From positions 48,856,001-48,920,000 of the forward strand of contig NC_135809.1 of assembly GCF_964213995.1 (NCBI RefSeq): a stretch of 64,000 nucleotides of DNA, given 5' to 3'. The stretch is from Mustelus asterias (taxonomy: Eukaryota). A program made the translations under genes and the position numbers. Of the stretch, positions 63,167-64,000 are shown piece by piece (the first letter of the stretch is position 1; the number at the start of each line of letters is the position of its first letter). The notes under the pieces are model-generated. The model worked only from the letters and a program-made list of their open reading frames with translations. It did not search any database and had not been told where the DNA came from.

Positions 63167-64000
63167 GTAAGTAGATTTTTATCCCTTTTGAATCTTAGTT
63201 TGTTGCTTCCCATCCCCTTCTCTCCTGACGCCTTGCTGGGGTATGGATTAAATGCTCAGAGAGGGACACTTCAAACTCTAACCTGATTGTGTTCTCACCT
63301 AACATCCACGCATGAGCACTGCTGGCAGGACAGTAAGGTTGATTTACCTTTTAATTAAAGCTGACAAGAATACCCACCAGAATTAATATCTACAAATTGG
63401 GAGGCAAAAAACACAGTCATTTTATTCTTTCACTGAAGTAGGAACTCCATAGAAAAAGTACAAATGGTCATTTGCATTGCTTCAATAGAGTTTCCTGCTA
63501 ATCTTCTGTCCAAATCAGATCATGAGAAGCCCCATGAAGTTAAAGTTTATTTCTTACTGTCAGAAGTAGACTTACATTTACACTGCGATGAAGTTACTGT
63601 GAAAATCCCTGAGTCGCCACACTTCGGTGCCTGTTCGGGTAAGCTGAGGGAGAATTTAGCATGGCCAATGCACCTAACCAGCACATCTTTTGGACTGTGG
63701 AGGAAAGCGGAGTGCCCGGAGGAAACCCACGCAGACATAGGGAGAATGTGCAGACTCCACACAGACAATGACCCAAGCCAGGAATCAAACCCAGGTCCCT
63801 GGTGCTGTGAGGCATTAATGCTAACCATTGTGTCACCAATCACGAGAAGCTCCACTAAATTCCAGGTGGAAGTAGGGAGCCAACATTTCCTAAACATTTC
63901 CATTGAGGCGAAGTGGATTTACAAAGAGCCCAGGGATCCAGTTGACCCTGGACTGTGTGAGCACTGTATAAAGCAGGTTTGACCCTACACTGAGTTTATG

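Overview
Vertebrate genomic DNA, most likely a shark or other cartilaginous fish, inferred from HE1-type V-SINEs, HER1/CR1, L2, Rex1 and Penelope-type repeats. It carries the conserved IQUB-NDUFA5-ASB15 gene neighbourhood. On the minus strand is the 5' ~655 codons of IQUB (14 predicted coding exons, 35824 down to 1938, continuing off the left edge; candidate RFX/NRF1 promoter at ~41.0 kb) and a complete 5-exon NDUFA5 (116 aa, 53799 down to 45868). On the plus strand are the first 4 coding exons of ASB15 (59336-63166). Most ORFs in the supplied track are repeat-derived or spurious. The most notable observations are: (1) Penelope-type inverted repeats carrying minimal hammerhead-ribozyme motifs with compensatory helix variation; (2) an IQUB N-terminus built from a run of symmetric phase-1 exons, some apparently duplicated; (3) a Harbinger Myb/SANT gene remnant plus candidate MITEs; (4) a deeply nested Gypsy element; (5) a clean solo LTR; (6) a perfect 40-bp hairpin. 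All calls were made by eye; no database searches were run.
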